A DNA stretch of 64,000 nt, taken from contig CM075994.1 in NCBI GenBank assembly GCA_038087875.1, positions 8,124,001-8,188,000 of the forward strand, read 5' to 3'. A program made the translations under genes and the position numbers. The DNA comes from Malacoraja senta. Taxonomy: Eukaryota. The notes below the pieces were generated by a model. It was not told the DNA's origin and did no database searches. It saw only the letters and a list, made by a program, of their open reading frames with translations. Numbering within the stretch: position 1 is the stretch's first letter; every line of letters begins with the position of its first letter. Of this stretch, positions 50,585 to 64,000 are shown one piece after another.

Positions 50585-51452
50585 GCGGAAGTGGCGGCGC
50601 TGTTGCACGGCTGCGGCTCGCCTGCAGTCTGTCTGTTTTTACTTTTTTTGTTGTTTTCTTTTGTCTTGTTTTAGTCAGATTTTGGTTTATTGGGTTGTGT
50701 ACGTGGGGGTGGGGCGGTGAAACATGACTTTTGTCTCTTCCTTCGGGGGGAAATGCGACTTTTTCTGTCATATCCCCCTTCTCTGCCTCCGTCTGCGCTG
50801 AGGCCAAAATGGCGGAGCTGCCGGCCTCCAACTCCAACTGCGACCGACCGACCTCGAGGCTCCGGAGGCAGAGCCAGGACTTACCAGCGCGGGGCTGGCC
50901 GGCTTCGGGGCTGCGATGGCGTTCTGGCGTTCCGGCGTTCTGGCGTTCCGGCGTTCCGGCGGTGGCGACCGAGGACACTGGTGGCGACCTGAGTCCGGAG
51001 GCTCGGCCGCGGGCCCGGTGTCCGACATCGTCGGGAGCTCACAGGTCACAGGTTGGTGACCTGTTTTTCTGGGGCTCCCGCAACTACAGCTGCGTCCGCT
51101 GGATTGGAGGGCGGCAGCTTCGGCCACCCCCGGGCCGCGGAGTTTGAACCGGCCCGTCGCGGACAGAGCACGGATTCAGCCGCGGGACTGACTTACCATC
51201 ACCCGGCGGGGTCACAACGTCAGAAGCCTGGATCGCCTCAGCGCAGAGGGAGAACAAAGAGGGAAGAGACAGAGACTTTCAGACTTTAGCCTCCATCACA
51301 GTGAGGAGGTGCCTGGTGAACTCACTGTGGTGGATGTTAATTTGTGTTTATTGTGTGTTTTGTTATTTATTATATGTATGACTGCAGGCAACGAAATTTC
51401 GTTCAGACCGAAAGGTCTGAATGACAATAAAGGAATCTAAGTCTAAGTCTAA
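50585..51452 (+). mobile_element. GC-rich non-coding retroposon; homologous copy at ~61600-62402 (- strand)
   Basis: Shared sequence; 3' stem-loop TTCAGACC-GAAA-GGTCTGAA, AATAAA, (TCTAAG)n tail. Confidence 0.7.
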
Positions 51453-51644
51453 CTGTTCAGAACCTCAGCTTATGAATGGGGTAGAAGTGACTCAGACAGT
51501 ACCCGAGTTTCTGGAGTATCGTGTCAAAAACCAGCCAACTCAATTTTAGTTTTTTTTAGTTAAGAGTTACTGCGCGGAAACAGGCCCTTCGGCCCACCGA
51601 GTCCACACCGACCAGCGATCCCCGCACACTAACACTATCCTACA

Positions 51645-52645
51645 GGAAGTGGAAGATGGAATATAGTGTAACAAAGAGTGGATGTTTGCATTTTGGTCAT
51701 AGGAATAGAGTGTGGAAGACAGAGTGGATGTGGAGAGGATGTTTCCACTGGTGGGAGAGTCTAGGACCAGAGGTCACAGCCTCAGAATTAAAGGGAGCTC
51801 TTTTTAAAAGGAGGTGCGAAGAACTTCTTTAGTCAGACGGTAGTTAATCTGTGGAACCCGTTGCCACAGAGGGCTCTGGAGGCCAAATCAGCGGATATCA
51901 AAGGCGTAGACTATTTTCTAAATGGGGAGAGAATCCAGAAATCGGAGGTACAATTGGACTTGGGAGTGCTGGTGCAGGATTCCTCAAAAGTTAATCTGCA
52001 AGTCGAATCGGTAGCAAAGAAACGAAACTCAATGCTAGCATTTATTTCAAGAGGGCTTGTATACAAAAATGCTGAGGCTCTATAAGGTGTTGGGAAAGCC
52101 GCAATTGGAATATTGAGAGCAATTTTGGGCACCATTTCTGAGGAAGGATGTGCTGGCTCTGGAGAGGGTCCAGAGGAGGTTTACAAGAATGATCCCAGGA
52201 ATGAGTAGGTTAACCTATGATGAGCGTTTGTCGGCACTGGGCCTGTACTCGCTGGAGTTTCGAAGAATGAGGGGGGACCTCATTGAAACATAAAGAATAG
52301 TGAAAGGCCTGGATAGAGTGGATGTGGAGAGGATGTTTCCACTAGTGGGAGCGTCTAGACTAGTCACAGCCTCAGAATTAAAGGACATTCTTTTAGGAAG
52401 TAGATGATGAGAAATTACTTTTGTTAATTGAATTTGTGGAATTTTTTGCCACAGAAATCTGTGGAGGCCAAGTCAGTGGATATTTTTAAGGCAGAGATAG
52501 ATAGATTCTTGATTAGTCAGAGGTTATGGGGAGAAGGCAGGAGAATGTAGTTTGGAGGGAGAGATAGATCAGCTATGAATGAAAGGCGGAGTAAACTTGA
52601 TGGGCCGAATGGCCTAATTCTACTCCGATTCCTTATGACCTAATG
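51645..52645 (+). mobile_element. Rearranged CR1/HER1 LINE fragments
   Basis: DLGVLVQDS..., VQRRFTRMIPG, 3' UTR. Confidence 0.85.
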
Positions 52646-52923
52646 ACACACTAGGGACAATTTACATTTAAACCAAGCCAATTAACCTACAAACCTGTAT
52701 GTTTTTTGGAGTGTGGGAGGAAACCGAAGATCTCGGAGAAAACCCCAGTGGTCACAGGGGAGTACTTACAAACTCCGTACAGTCAGCACCCGTAGTCGGG
52801 ATCGAACCTGGGTCTTTGGGGCTGTGAGGGCAGCAACTCTACCGCTGCGCCATCGTGCCGCCATACATGAGACAATAAACTAATCTCAACTCAAACTCAA
52901 ACCCTGGGATCTCACTGTTACAG

Positions 52924-53101
52924 ATCACTCCGGAAAATGTGAAGAAGTGTAAATCCAGGGGAAGGATGTTGTACGTTAATCTTGTGGCAGAGATACCAGC
53001 GCTGTTTTCCCTTCAGAAAAAGGTCCAGCTGCAACTTCGACCCAAACCGTACTTCAACTTCATCGAGACTGACAAGCCGATATACAGACCCGGAGAGACA
53101 G
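52924..53101 (+). CDS. C4: Gene B exon 3 (MG1/MG2): ITPENVKKCKSRG...FIETDKPIYRPGET
   Basis: tgttacag| ... G|gtagga; phase 0-1; FIxTDKPIYxPG thioester-protein family motif; second MG1 Cys. Confidence 0.95.
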
Positions 53102-53987
53102 GTAGGAGAATGCTGTACCACTGCCCTGCATTGGGACAGCCACGGTGGCGCAGCGGGTAGAGCAGCTGCCTCACAACGCCGGAGACCCGGGTTCGATCCT
53201 GACCTCTGCTGCTGTGTGTGTGTGTGTGTGTCTGTCTGTATTTGTCTGTCTGTGTGTGACTGTGTGTGTAAGTGCATGCATGTCTGCCTCTGCATGTGTA
53301 CGTGTGTGTGTGCACGTGCGTGTGCATGCGGGTGTGTGTGTCTGTGTCTGTCTCTGTGTGTTTGTGCGTGTGTGTCTGTCTCTGTGTGTGTGTGCACTGC
53401 ACATGTGTGTCTGCCTCTGCCTGCGTGTGTGCATGTGTGCATGTGTGCGTGCGCGCGCGCATGTCTGTGTGTATGTGCCTGTATGTGCGGAGTTCGCACG
53501 TTCTCCCTGTTTCCATGTGGGTTTCCTCTGTGTGCTCCGGTTTCCTCCTACATCCCAAAGACGCGCGGGTTTGCAGGTGAAATGGCCCTCTGTAAATTGC
53601 CCTATTGCCCCAGCGTCATCAGAGACCCAGACCACCCTGGCCACGCTCTCATCTCACCCCTGCCATCGGGGAGAAGGTACAGGAGCCTGAAAACTGTAAC
53701 GTCCAGGAACAGCTTCTTCCATGCAGCCTATTTAACACGACAACCTCAAATATGCTCAAAACTATATTTGACTTTTTTTTTTTGTCTTTTTGCACTATTA
53801 TAGTTTGTCATTTATAGTTGTCATTTGTTTTATGTGTGTGTATCTAAATATGTACTAATATATATATATATATATATTTACACACACACGTACATCTAGA
53901 CACAAAATTGTATATATACAAAAGAAGTTCAGTATACACACACGCACACACGCACGCACACATATATACACATACTGACACATACAT

Positions 53988-56900
53988 AATAGTAAGATTA
54001 AACGAGAACTTACCAGTTTGAAGTTTGATCTGTATTTTATGAGGAGTTACGATGAGGGATTACGTGAAGAGCCCGTCCAGCACGCATGCGCGACATTCTT
54101 CAAAGCAGCGGTGTGGAATCACAGGAAACACAATAATTGACATAAACATAGTAAAGAAAAGGAGAACTAAGATACCAGTTGATCTATAATTGAGGGTGGG
54201 AGCGGAGGGCACGTAATCCCTCATCGTAACTCCTCATAAAATACAGATCAAACTTCAAACTGGTAAGTTCTCGTTTAATCTTACTATTTTACTTCGGAGT
54301 CACGTGAGTGACTACGTGAAGATTTTAAAGCTCTGTGATTTCAAACCGTGTAACAGTTCATACTTCACTCGCTGCCGAAGTCATTCAAGGGAGGAAGTAT
54401 GTTATCGGAATCAACCATAATCTGTTTGTAAACAATAATGGTATCTATTAAACAATAACAAAAGACAAAATGCTCCCCCCGGGCTTAAATTATATATTTT
54501 TGCAGATTTTAAAACTCTTTCTGCAAATAACACAGGTTCTGCTAGCGGCTTGTGGTAGAACGTTTGGAACGTTTTCTCCATGTTCATTCTTTTAGCCGCC
54601 GATGTGGATGCTGCCCTGGTGGAGTGAGATGTATATACATCAGTATCTACTCCAGCAGCTCCCAGTACCTGCTTGAGCCATCTCGAGATGGTTTGGCTCG
54701 ACACCCAACCATGAGGTTTCTTGTGGCTGACCCATAAGGTTTTTTTTTTTTTTTTTTTTCTCCCTCGAGAATCTCTTGTTGTGTTGATGTAAGTGAATAA
54801 GTGAGTCATGACACACAACCGTAGGTGAGGTGGGTATGCCCGGAATCCATAACTAGGACTCAAGTTCCTGGCTTGCTCTGCTTTAGCAGCTCCTGAATGG
54901 TGAATGAGACCCGGTCTGGTGTTATAACCATGTTGTCCAGTCGCAGTAAGTGGAGGGACTGGACTCTTTGTGCTGAGACTAGTGGCATCAGCATGACCGT
55001 TTTCATGGTTAGCTTTTCCAGGGTGAGAGACCCTTAGGTATGTCAGGACCACACTGACATCCCAGATTTGTGTATACCTAGGTCTAAGAGGGTTGGAGTT
55101 GACGATACTCCTCATGAGTTTGATCACCAGCGGGTAGACCCTATGGCCTGTTGTCCTGGCACCTGTTTTAAGTAGGCTGACAGCGCACTTCTGGCAGTAT
55201 TGATGGCGCTGTAGCTCAATCCTTCATCATGGTGAAGGCCCCCCAGGAACTCCAGTACATTGGTTATGGTTGCAGATGAGTACGTTGTCCCAGTAGTCGA
55301 GCAGTATCTTTCCCACCTCCTGATGCTCGATAGGTATTGTTTCCTGGTGGACATACGGTGTCATCATGTTGATGGTCCTGTCAGACACCCCAGTCCCAGC
55401 AGTGGTCTTTTGATAATCTGCAACCCAGTAGGTTAATTTTGGCATGGCATGGATGACTTATGCCTGATACAGGGTGCGTCAATAGATCTGGGCTACTGGG
55501 AAAGGTCATAGGAGTTTCGATGACCATGTCGAGGACCACTGGGAACCATGGCTGTGTAGGCCAGTTGGTACTATCAAAATACCTGAAGCAGAGTCCATCT
55601 GTATTTTGCGTAGTACCCTACAGATTAAGGCAGAAGGGGGGAAAAGCATAGAAGAAATAGGTCCCCCAGTTCAGCGCGAATGCATCTATCGCTGCTGCCT
55701 CAGGGTGTGGTTCCCAAGGGACATACATTGGTACGTGGTGATTTAGTCTGGATGCAAAGAGATCGATATCTGGTGTGCCATATTGGTTTGTAATTTTACC
55801 AAAAGCTCTAGGGTTTAACATCCATTCGGTGTTTATCATTGAATTTGCGTGACCTGGCACTGTATTTAGCTTACCTGGTAGGTAAGTTGCTGATAGCCAA
55901 ATATGTCTATCGACCCACCATTACCAGATTGTGTTGACCCAATGGTCACATGATATCGATTTTATTCCGCCCATATGGTTAATATAGGCCACCACCGTGA
56001 TATTATCAATTTGTAAATGAACATGCAAGTTGTGCATATTCCTAGAATATGCTCTAAAACCATAAAACGCACCCAACATTTCCAAATAATTTATGCCCAG
56101 TGTTTGTAGTAAAGACGAGTCTAGGTTAGTCCATCTACCACATGTGCTGGATATGGTATTAGTTGCTCCCCAGCCTTGAGCACTGGCATCTGTTTGTATA
56201 GGTAACGTTGGGTTATTGATGATGATAGGGCTGGAACTATGCCAAATGTGTTATATCCACCATTGTAACTCTGATATTGCTTCAATCGGTAGTTTCATGG
56301 TTCTGTCAAAGTGACCTGCATGTCGTTTCAACGCCTGTACTTTTGCCCTTTGTAGGTGCTGATAGTGCAGGAGTCCAAATTGTGTAGCTGAAAATGCTGC
56401 TACCATTTTGCCAATTACTCTTGCCACTTGTCGGATGGTTGGTCGATTGCTTACCATTAAATTGTTGCACATCTGTGCCAATTCTGCTGCTTTACCTTTT
56501 GGCAACGTTACAGACATGTGGATTGAGTTAATTGTGAATCCCAGATAGTCCATAGTTGTGGATGGCATCAACTTAGATTTATCTGGATGTATGACAAACC
56601 CAGGGTTTCAAACAATTGTTTGGTAGCTAATACAGCTGATTTTGCCAACTCCATGGTTTTGCCTACTATTAGGATATCATCAAGATACGCCATGACAATA
56701 TGTCTTTGTTTCGTTAATGTTGCCAAGGCTGGTTTTAATATCTTGGTAAATAGTCTAGGGCTGATGTCAACCCATTAGGCAACACTTTATACTGCCATAG
56801 TTGCCCCATCCAGGTAAATTTTCAGGTATCTGCGATGACCCTTGTGAATGGGTACTGAATAGTAGGCATCTTTTAAATCATGCTTGCCATAAAGTATCCT

Positions 56901-58766
56901 TTGGAAATCAGTTGTTTAGCAGTTACAAATGTTTCCATTTTGAAATGTACATACTTAACAAAGGTATTTAGTGAGGTTAAGTCAATGATGATGCGACATC
57001 CACCATCTTTTTTGCTTTTGGTAAATATATTTGAGACAAATTCCAAAGGTTCATGTTTGGATTTCTCAATGACATCCTTTGTAAGTAACCTCACCAGTTC
57101 TGCTTGAGCCTCTAGTTCTCTTTGACAGAGAGGGTAAAGACCCTTTGGGGTACGTGCTGAACTGGTGGCATGTTTTCTTGAATGAACTCTATTTTGTATC
57201 CCCGAATACTGTTAAGTATATAACTATCATTCATGAGACACCTCCTGTTAGTACAGTTCCCCCATTTACATGCTGGTAGGAACCAGACCCACCTACCTCC
57301 ATAGTTATGGTAGTGTTCCTTTCTTCCGTTTGTTCATCCGTCGTTATACTGCTGGATGTACTGCTGATGTACTGCTGATTGGGGGTGGCGCATTTTCCAT
57401 GGGGTCCGCTCTGGGCCCTGGCCTAAAAAGGCTTTCGGGGATAGTATGCGGACCCCGAGCTTTCACCAGTTCCATAAATTTGACCTCGACTGGTGGACGC
57501 GGTGGGGTACTGCCGTCTGGTTTTTTGTGTGGGTCTGCTCGTTCCGGGGCCTGCCCTCATGAGGCCAAATGCTTTGGACTCTTCCTCCAGGTCTTTCACT
57601 TGTCCTTCCAAATAACAGGATCTGCGGCTCTGAGGCCGGTGTTTTACACAGTCCTGCAAACCTGGGATTGAGGGCAGGTCTTATTCTCTCCTTGCGGAGG
57701 TTGTTTATCTCATATTGGGTGTAGCACAGCAGAGCCAGAGTGTCTTGCTGGTTTGTGGTCATATCCACCCCATCCACGGAACGAGCATAGGCTGTTATCC
57801 CTGTCGTCAGGAGCTTGAGGATTTTAGCTCCTGGTTCCGGATACTCTGTCCCCCCCCCCCCAGATTTGGCTGTTAACAGCCGGTACATTGAGCAAACTGC
57901 AGTTTTCCAGCTCTAGTGCCTCATTAAGTACCTGTCTTGTGGGGGTTTGAGGGACAGGTGGTTGATGTTGGCCGCCAGTTTTGGCTCCAATGGCCGCCCT
58001 GCTCGTGGTGTAACCACGTAGCAAATCTCCACACCCAGCAGCTCTTCCTGATCCTGTACCCCAAGCGTACTCCCGACATCTTCAGCCAATGACCCCTGTT
58101 CCTGACCAGCCCAGCCCTGGTCGCCAACGCTGCCCTGCTTTGAGGGGAAAGCGATGGCCAGTGCATTGTAGAGCACTGCTGTGGGAGTGCCTGATCCCCC
58201 TGGCGAGACTGCTCTAGCTCCTGAAGCAAGTCTCGCTGGAGCAGTTGCTCCATGAGCCTTTTCATTCGGCTCAGGCGGCTAGCTCTGCCGCTCTAAGGCG
58301 GACCCTCCTCATCGGAGTCAGACATAACCGGCCGGTTTAAAAAATTAAAAAAAAAAAAAAAAAAACTTTTCCTCCAGCCCGCTGCCGCTCATCAGGCTGC
58401 GCTAGCGGTACTGGGCTCGGCTCGGTCTCGATGAGGGTGGACCGCAGCATATGCGGTCCAGGTGCCGCCTCTCGCCCCCCACTGATGGAACACTCCTGTT
58501 CTGTTGGAGTCGAACGGGGGGCGGTTTGCTTCCTTTGCCGTGCTGCTCATTTTCCCAGTTCCCCTGGAATACAGAGCAGAGCACAGCTTGCTGATTATGA
58601 CCTCAGAGTAAGACTTACCTGATGGTCCGCTGTTTAGTTTTCACCGACGTGTAGCGGGAACGCCTGTACTCCCGGTCGTCGCTGTTGCACTGCGTGAACG
58701 CTAATGTCGCGCATGCGTGCTGGACGGGCTCTTCACGTAATCACTCACGTGACTCCGAAGTAAAAT
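53988..58766 (-). mobile_element. DIRS1-like tyrosine-recombinase retrotransposon, structurally full length, ORFs decayed
   Basis: gag-like ~57420-58270; RT/RNaseH/methyltransferase-like ~55450-57200 (KKDGGCRIIIDL, YLDD, TDAS, DIDLFASRLN, YAFPPF); recombinase ~54410-55400 (SAINTARSALS, HSTRAASTS); ITRs and internal complementary region. Confidence 0.95.
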
Positions 58767-58799
58767 TACATATATACAAAAGTTAATATATAAACGCAA

Positions 58800-59270
58800 A
58801 CTTCTCCCGCTGGAATCGCGAGGTTCAAAGGACACGGACGGGACTTACCATCGCCCGCCGGGGGCTCTAACATCGGAGCCCCAGTTCGCCTAGACACTGC
58901 AGTTGGACTGCGGGTTGGACTGCTTGAACCGCGGGGTTTGAAGGGCGCGGAGCCGGGGCCTAGCATCGCCCGGCGTGGCTGAATAGCCACGGGACTTGCC
59001 ATCGTCCGCCGGGGGGCTTTATCACCAGAGCCCCAGTTCGCATAGACGCTGCAGTTGGGCAGCTGGACCGCGGGTGAAGAATAAAGGGAAGAGATAAGAC
59101 TTTGCCTTCCATCACAGTGAGGAGGTGTTGGAGACTCACTGTGATGGATGTTTATGTAAACTGTGTTAAGTGTGGGTCTTGTTTTTTTTTGTAATGTGTT
59201 AAAAAACTGTAGTAATGATATTGTCATTCAAGCCTAGGCTTGAATGACAATAAATAGCATTCAATTCAAT
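58800..59270 (+). mobile_element. GC-rich retroposon 3' fragment
   Basis: CATCACAGTGAGGAGGTG motif shared with ~51295; palindromic 3' end, AATAAA, (ATTCA)n. Confidence 0.65.
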
Positions 59271-59363
59271 ACATGAATTTTTGTAAATATGTCTGTGTGT
59301 AAGTATGTGTGTGTATACATAATATCTTCTATCTATATACTTATAAAAGTCTTGTCTTGGTTT

Positions 59364-61361
<1,998 letters not shown>

Positions 61362-62494
61362 TATATTCGGCAAAACGGTAGACGATAGCGTTAAATTTTT
61401 GGCTGCACCTTATTCACCTTCTTCCCGTCGTCCATCCAATAACTTTCCTTCCGATTTCATCTGATATTTCACGTTATTGTACAATCGCCCCGCCGTAGCA
61501 GCGACTGCGGAGGATCAAGGCCCCATACACAGTTGAACAAAAGGTGGAAGACTGACTGAACGTTATTGCCTTCTGTCACAGTAAAAAGTAAAGTAAAGTA
61601 AAGTATCCTTTTATTGACAATAAAAGGATACTTCGTTGCCTTACAGTCATAATAAAATAACAAAAAACAAACAAAAAAACCCACATTTAACATCCACCAC
61701 AGTGAGTTCATTAGGCACCTCCTCACTGTGATAGAAGGCAAAAGTCTTAAAGTCTTTGTCTCTTCCCTCCTTGTACTCCCTCTGTGTTGAGGCGATCCAG
61801 GCCTCCGATGTTGTGACCCCACCGGGTGATGGTAAGCAAGTCCCGCGGCTGAATCCGAGCTCCGCGAACGGGCCGGTTCAAACTCCACGGCCCGGGGTGG
61901 TCGAAGCTGCCGAAGCTGCCGCCCTCCAGTCCAGCGGACGAAGCTGTTGCCACGGAAGCTCCGGAAAAACAGGTCACCAACCTGTGACCTGCGAGCTCCC
62001 GACGATGTCGTCCACTGGCCCGCGGCCGAACCTCCGAAGTCGGGTCGCCGCCGCCGGAACGCCGCCACAGCTCCGAGTCAGGTCGCCGCTGCCCCGAAGT
62101 CAGCCAGCCTCGCGCTGGTAAGTCCTGGCTGGCTCTGCCTCCGGAGCCTCGAGGTCGGTCCCAGTTGGAGTCCGCCAGCTCCGCAATTAGGCCTCAGCGC
62201 AGACGGAGACGGAGACCGAGGATACGACAAGAAAAAGTCGCATCCCCCCAAAGGAAGAGACTAAAACAAGTTTCTCCCCCCCACCCCACACATACACAAC
62301 CCAATAACTAAAATCAACTAACCAAAACAGGACAAGAAAACATCAAAAAAAGAAAAAAAAGACGGACTGCAGGCGAGCCACAGCTGCTAAGGCAGCGCCG
62401 CCCCTCCCAGTGATCACTGTGGTGGATGTTTATGTAAAGTTCTATCATTCTTTTAATTGTGGTGTGTTCTTTTAATTGTATGGCTGCATGGTAA

Positions 62495-63005
62495 AGGGCC
62501 TGTCCCACCAGCATGCGATTGCACGCGTCTAGCGCGACCAAACGTGGTCGCTTGAGGCGTACGGCCGCGCGGGCCCGGGCCCACTTCCAAGCGCAGAGGC
62601 GTATGGAGTTGTGCGGGGCTGGTCCCGACATCGCGCGGGGCTCCGAAAATCCTGCACTGTCCGAAAATTCCGCGCGCCAAAGGCGCATTGAGGGCGTACG
62701 CAGCGTCTTGACGTCGTACGCAGGGTCTTGACGGCATATGCCTAGCGTGTGGCATTGCGCGATGACGTCACCGCCCGGCGTGCCGTTGCGTGATGACGTC
62801 ACCGCCCGAAGCCATGCGACGTCCAAATTCAGTCTGCCCTCCTCCTGCCCAGCTGATTGGTGAGTATGACGTAAATTACGTCACGCGCGAACTTTGCGCG
62901 TACTTACCGCATACTTAGCACGTACTTACCGCGAACTTAACGTGAAATCCACTTCCGTTTGGTTGCGCCAAACGCATGCAATCGCATGCTGGTGGGACAG
63001 GCCCT
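62495..63005. mobile_element. Harbinger-like MITE
   Basis: TIR AGGGCCTGTCCCACCAGCATGCGATTGCA; TAA TSD. Confidence 0.9.
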
Positions 63006-63356
63006 TAACTCAAATATCACTGTATCTTTGACATTTGCAGCAATGTTGCCATCATCCGACACTTTCTCCAGCTCCTGGCAGCAAGTGCTTCAACAGGAGG
63101 GGGAGGGTGAATTGGTATTGCAATTGGAAGTGCTGCAGGGGAAGTCCAATTGGAATTTTTTTGAAGTCCAGTGCTGGGGGAGGCAGGGGAGTGGTGGAAT
63201 CTTACATTGGGAATGGGTTGAGTTGGGGGACCACGCCTCCCATGGGGGCTATGGGTGAGTGGTGGAATAATGTGTTGGGGAACGGGTTGCGTTGGGAGAC
63301 CAGGCCTCCCATGTGACAGGGAGCCAACGGGTCCCTGTTGGTCTATCTATCTATCT

Positions 63357-63807
63357 TCTATATACTTTTAAAACTCTCTGGCTGTCGTCCGTCTGTACGT
63401 CTGTACGTCTGTACGTCTGTACGTCCGTACGCCGCCTTTGATACCGCCCTTGGCCCACACGGCGCGCGGTTTAAAAAAAGCCAACTTGAACAAGATTTTT
63501 ACTGTTAAAATCCTTCCAGCCAGCTTCCCACAAACTTCGATACAAAGTTGCAATGCAGGAACTCTCTGCGCTTACACAAACTTTTCAACTGAATGGGATA
63601 TCACAGTCCTCCACCCGACATTTGCAACAATGTTGCCATCATACAACACTTACTCCAGCTCCATGAGGGGGGGGGGGGAATTGGTATTGCAATTGGGGAA
63701 GTGCAATTGGGATTTATTTTTAAGGTCCAGTGCTGGGGGAGGCAGGGACACGTTGGGGGACCATGCCTCCCGTGTGACAAGGACCCAACTGGTCCCAGTT
63801 GGTCTAG
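63357..63807 (+). mobile_element. Non-autonomous Helitron, complete
   Basis: 5' TCTATATAC; subterminal hairpin CCAACTGG-TC-CCAGTTGG; CTAG|T end. Confidence 0.75.
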
Positions 63808-63821
63808 TATATATATGTGTA

Positions 63822-63862
<41 letters not shown>

Positions 63863-64000
63863 TATATATGTATAGTATATATGTATGTATGTGTGTGTGT
63901 AAATATATATGTATGTATGTGTGTATGTATGTATGTATGTGTATATATATATTTGTGTGTGTATGTGTGTGTGTGTATATATATGTATGCATATATATAT
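63808..64000. repeat. (TA)/(TG) microsatellite
   Basis: direct inspection. Confidence 0.95.

Overview
Repeat-rich vertebrate genomic DNA. The CR1/HER1-type LINEs and tRNA-derived HE1/V-SINE-type repeats point to a cartilaginous fish, probably a skate or ray. Two tandem + strand complement C4-like genes are hidden in the repeats. Gene A enters from the left: 14 coding exons (1407-39749, equivalent to C4 exons 7-20) splice in phase into an uninterrupted 542-codon frame. It encodes MG3-MG6, but the tetrabasic cleavage site and six-cysteine anaphylatoxin are replaced by a short Cys-free linker. It stops right after MG6 is completed, followed by a probable non-coding last exon with AATAAA (44714-~44885). 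It therefore looks like an intact 'mini-C4' (beta-ring only; no thioester, CUB, MG7/8 or C345C domain). Gene B starts ~1.8 kb later with signal-peptide, MG1 and MG1/MG2 exons (46697-53101) and runs off the right edge. The introns hold a structurally complete DIRS retrotransposon, a Tc1 element, L1, L2, Rex1 and Penelope fragments, a solo LTR, Harbinger-, hAT-, P- and Tigger-like MITEs, non-autonomous Helitrons and long microsatellites. Exon coordinates were read by hand from splice sites and phases. Repeat boundaries are approximate and family names come from motif recognition, not database searches.
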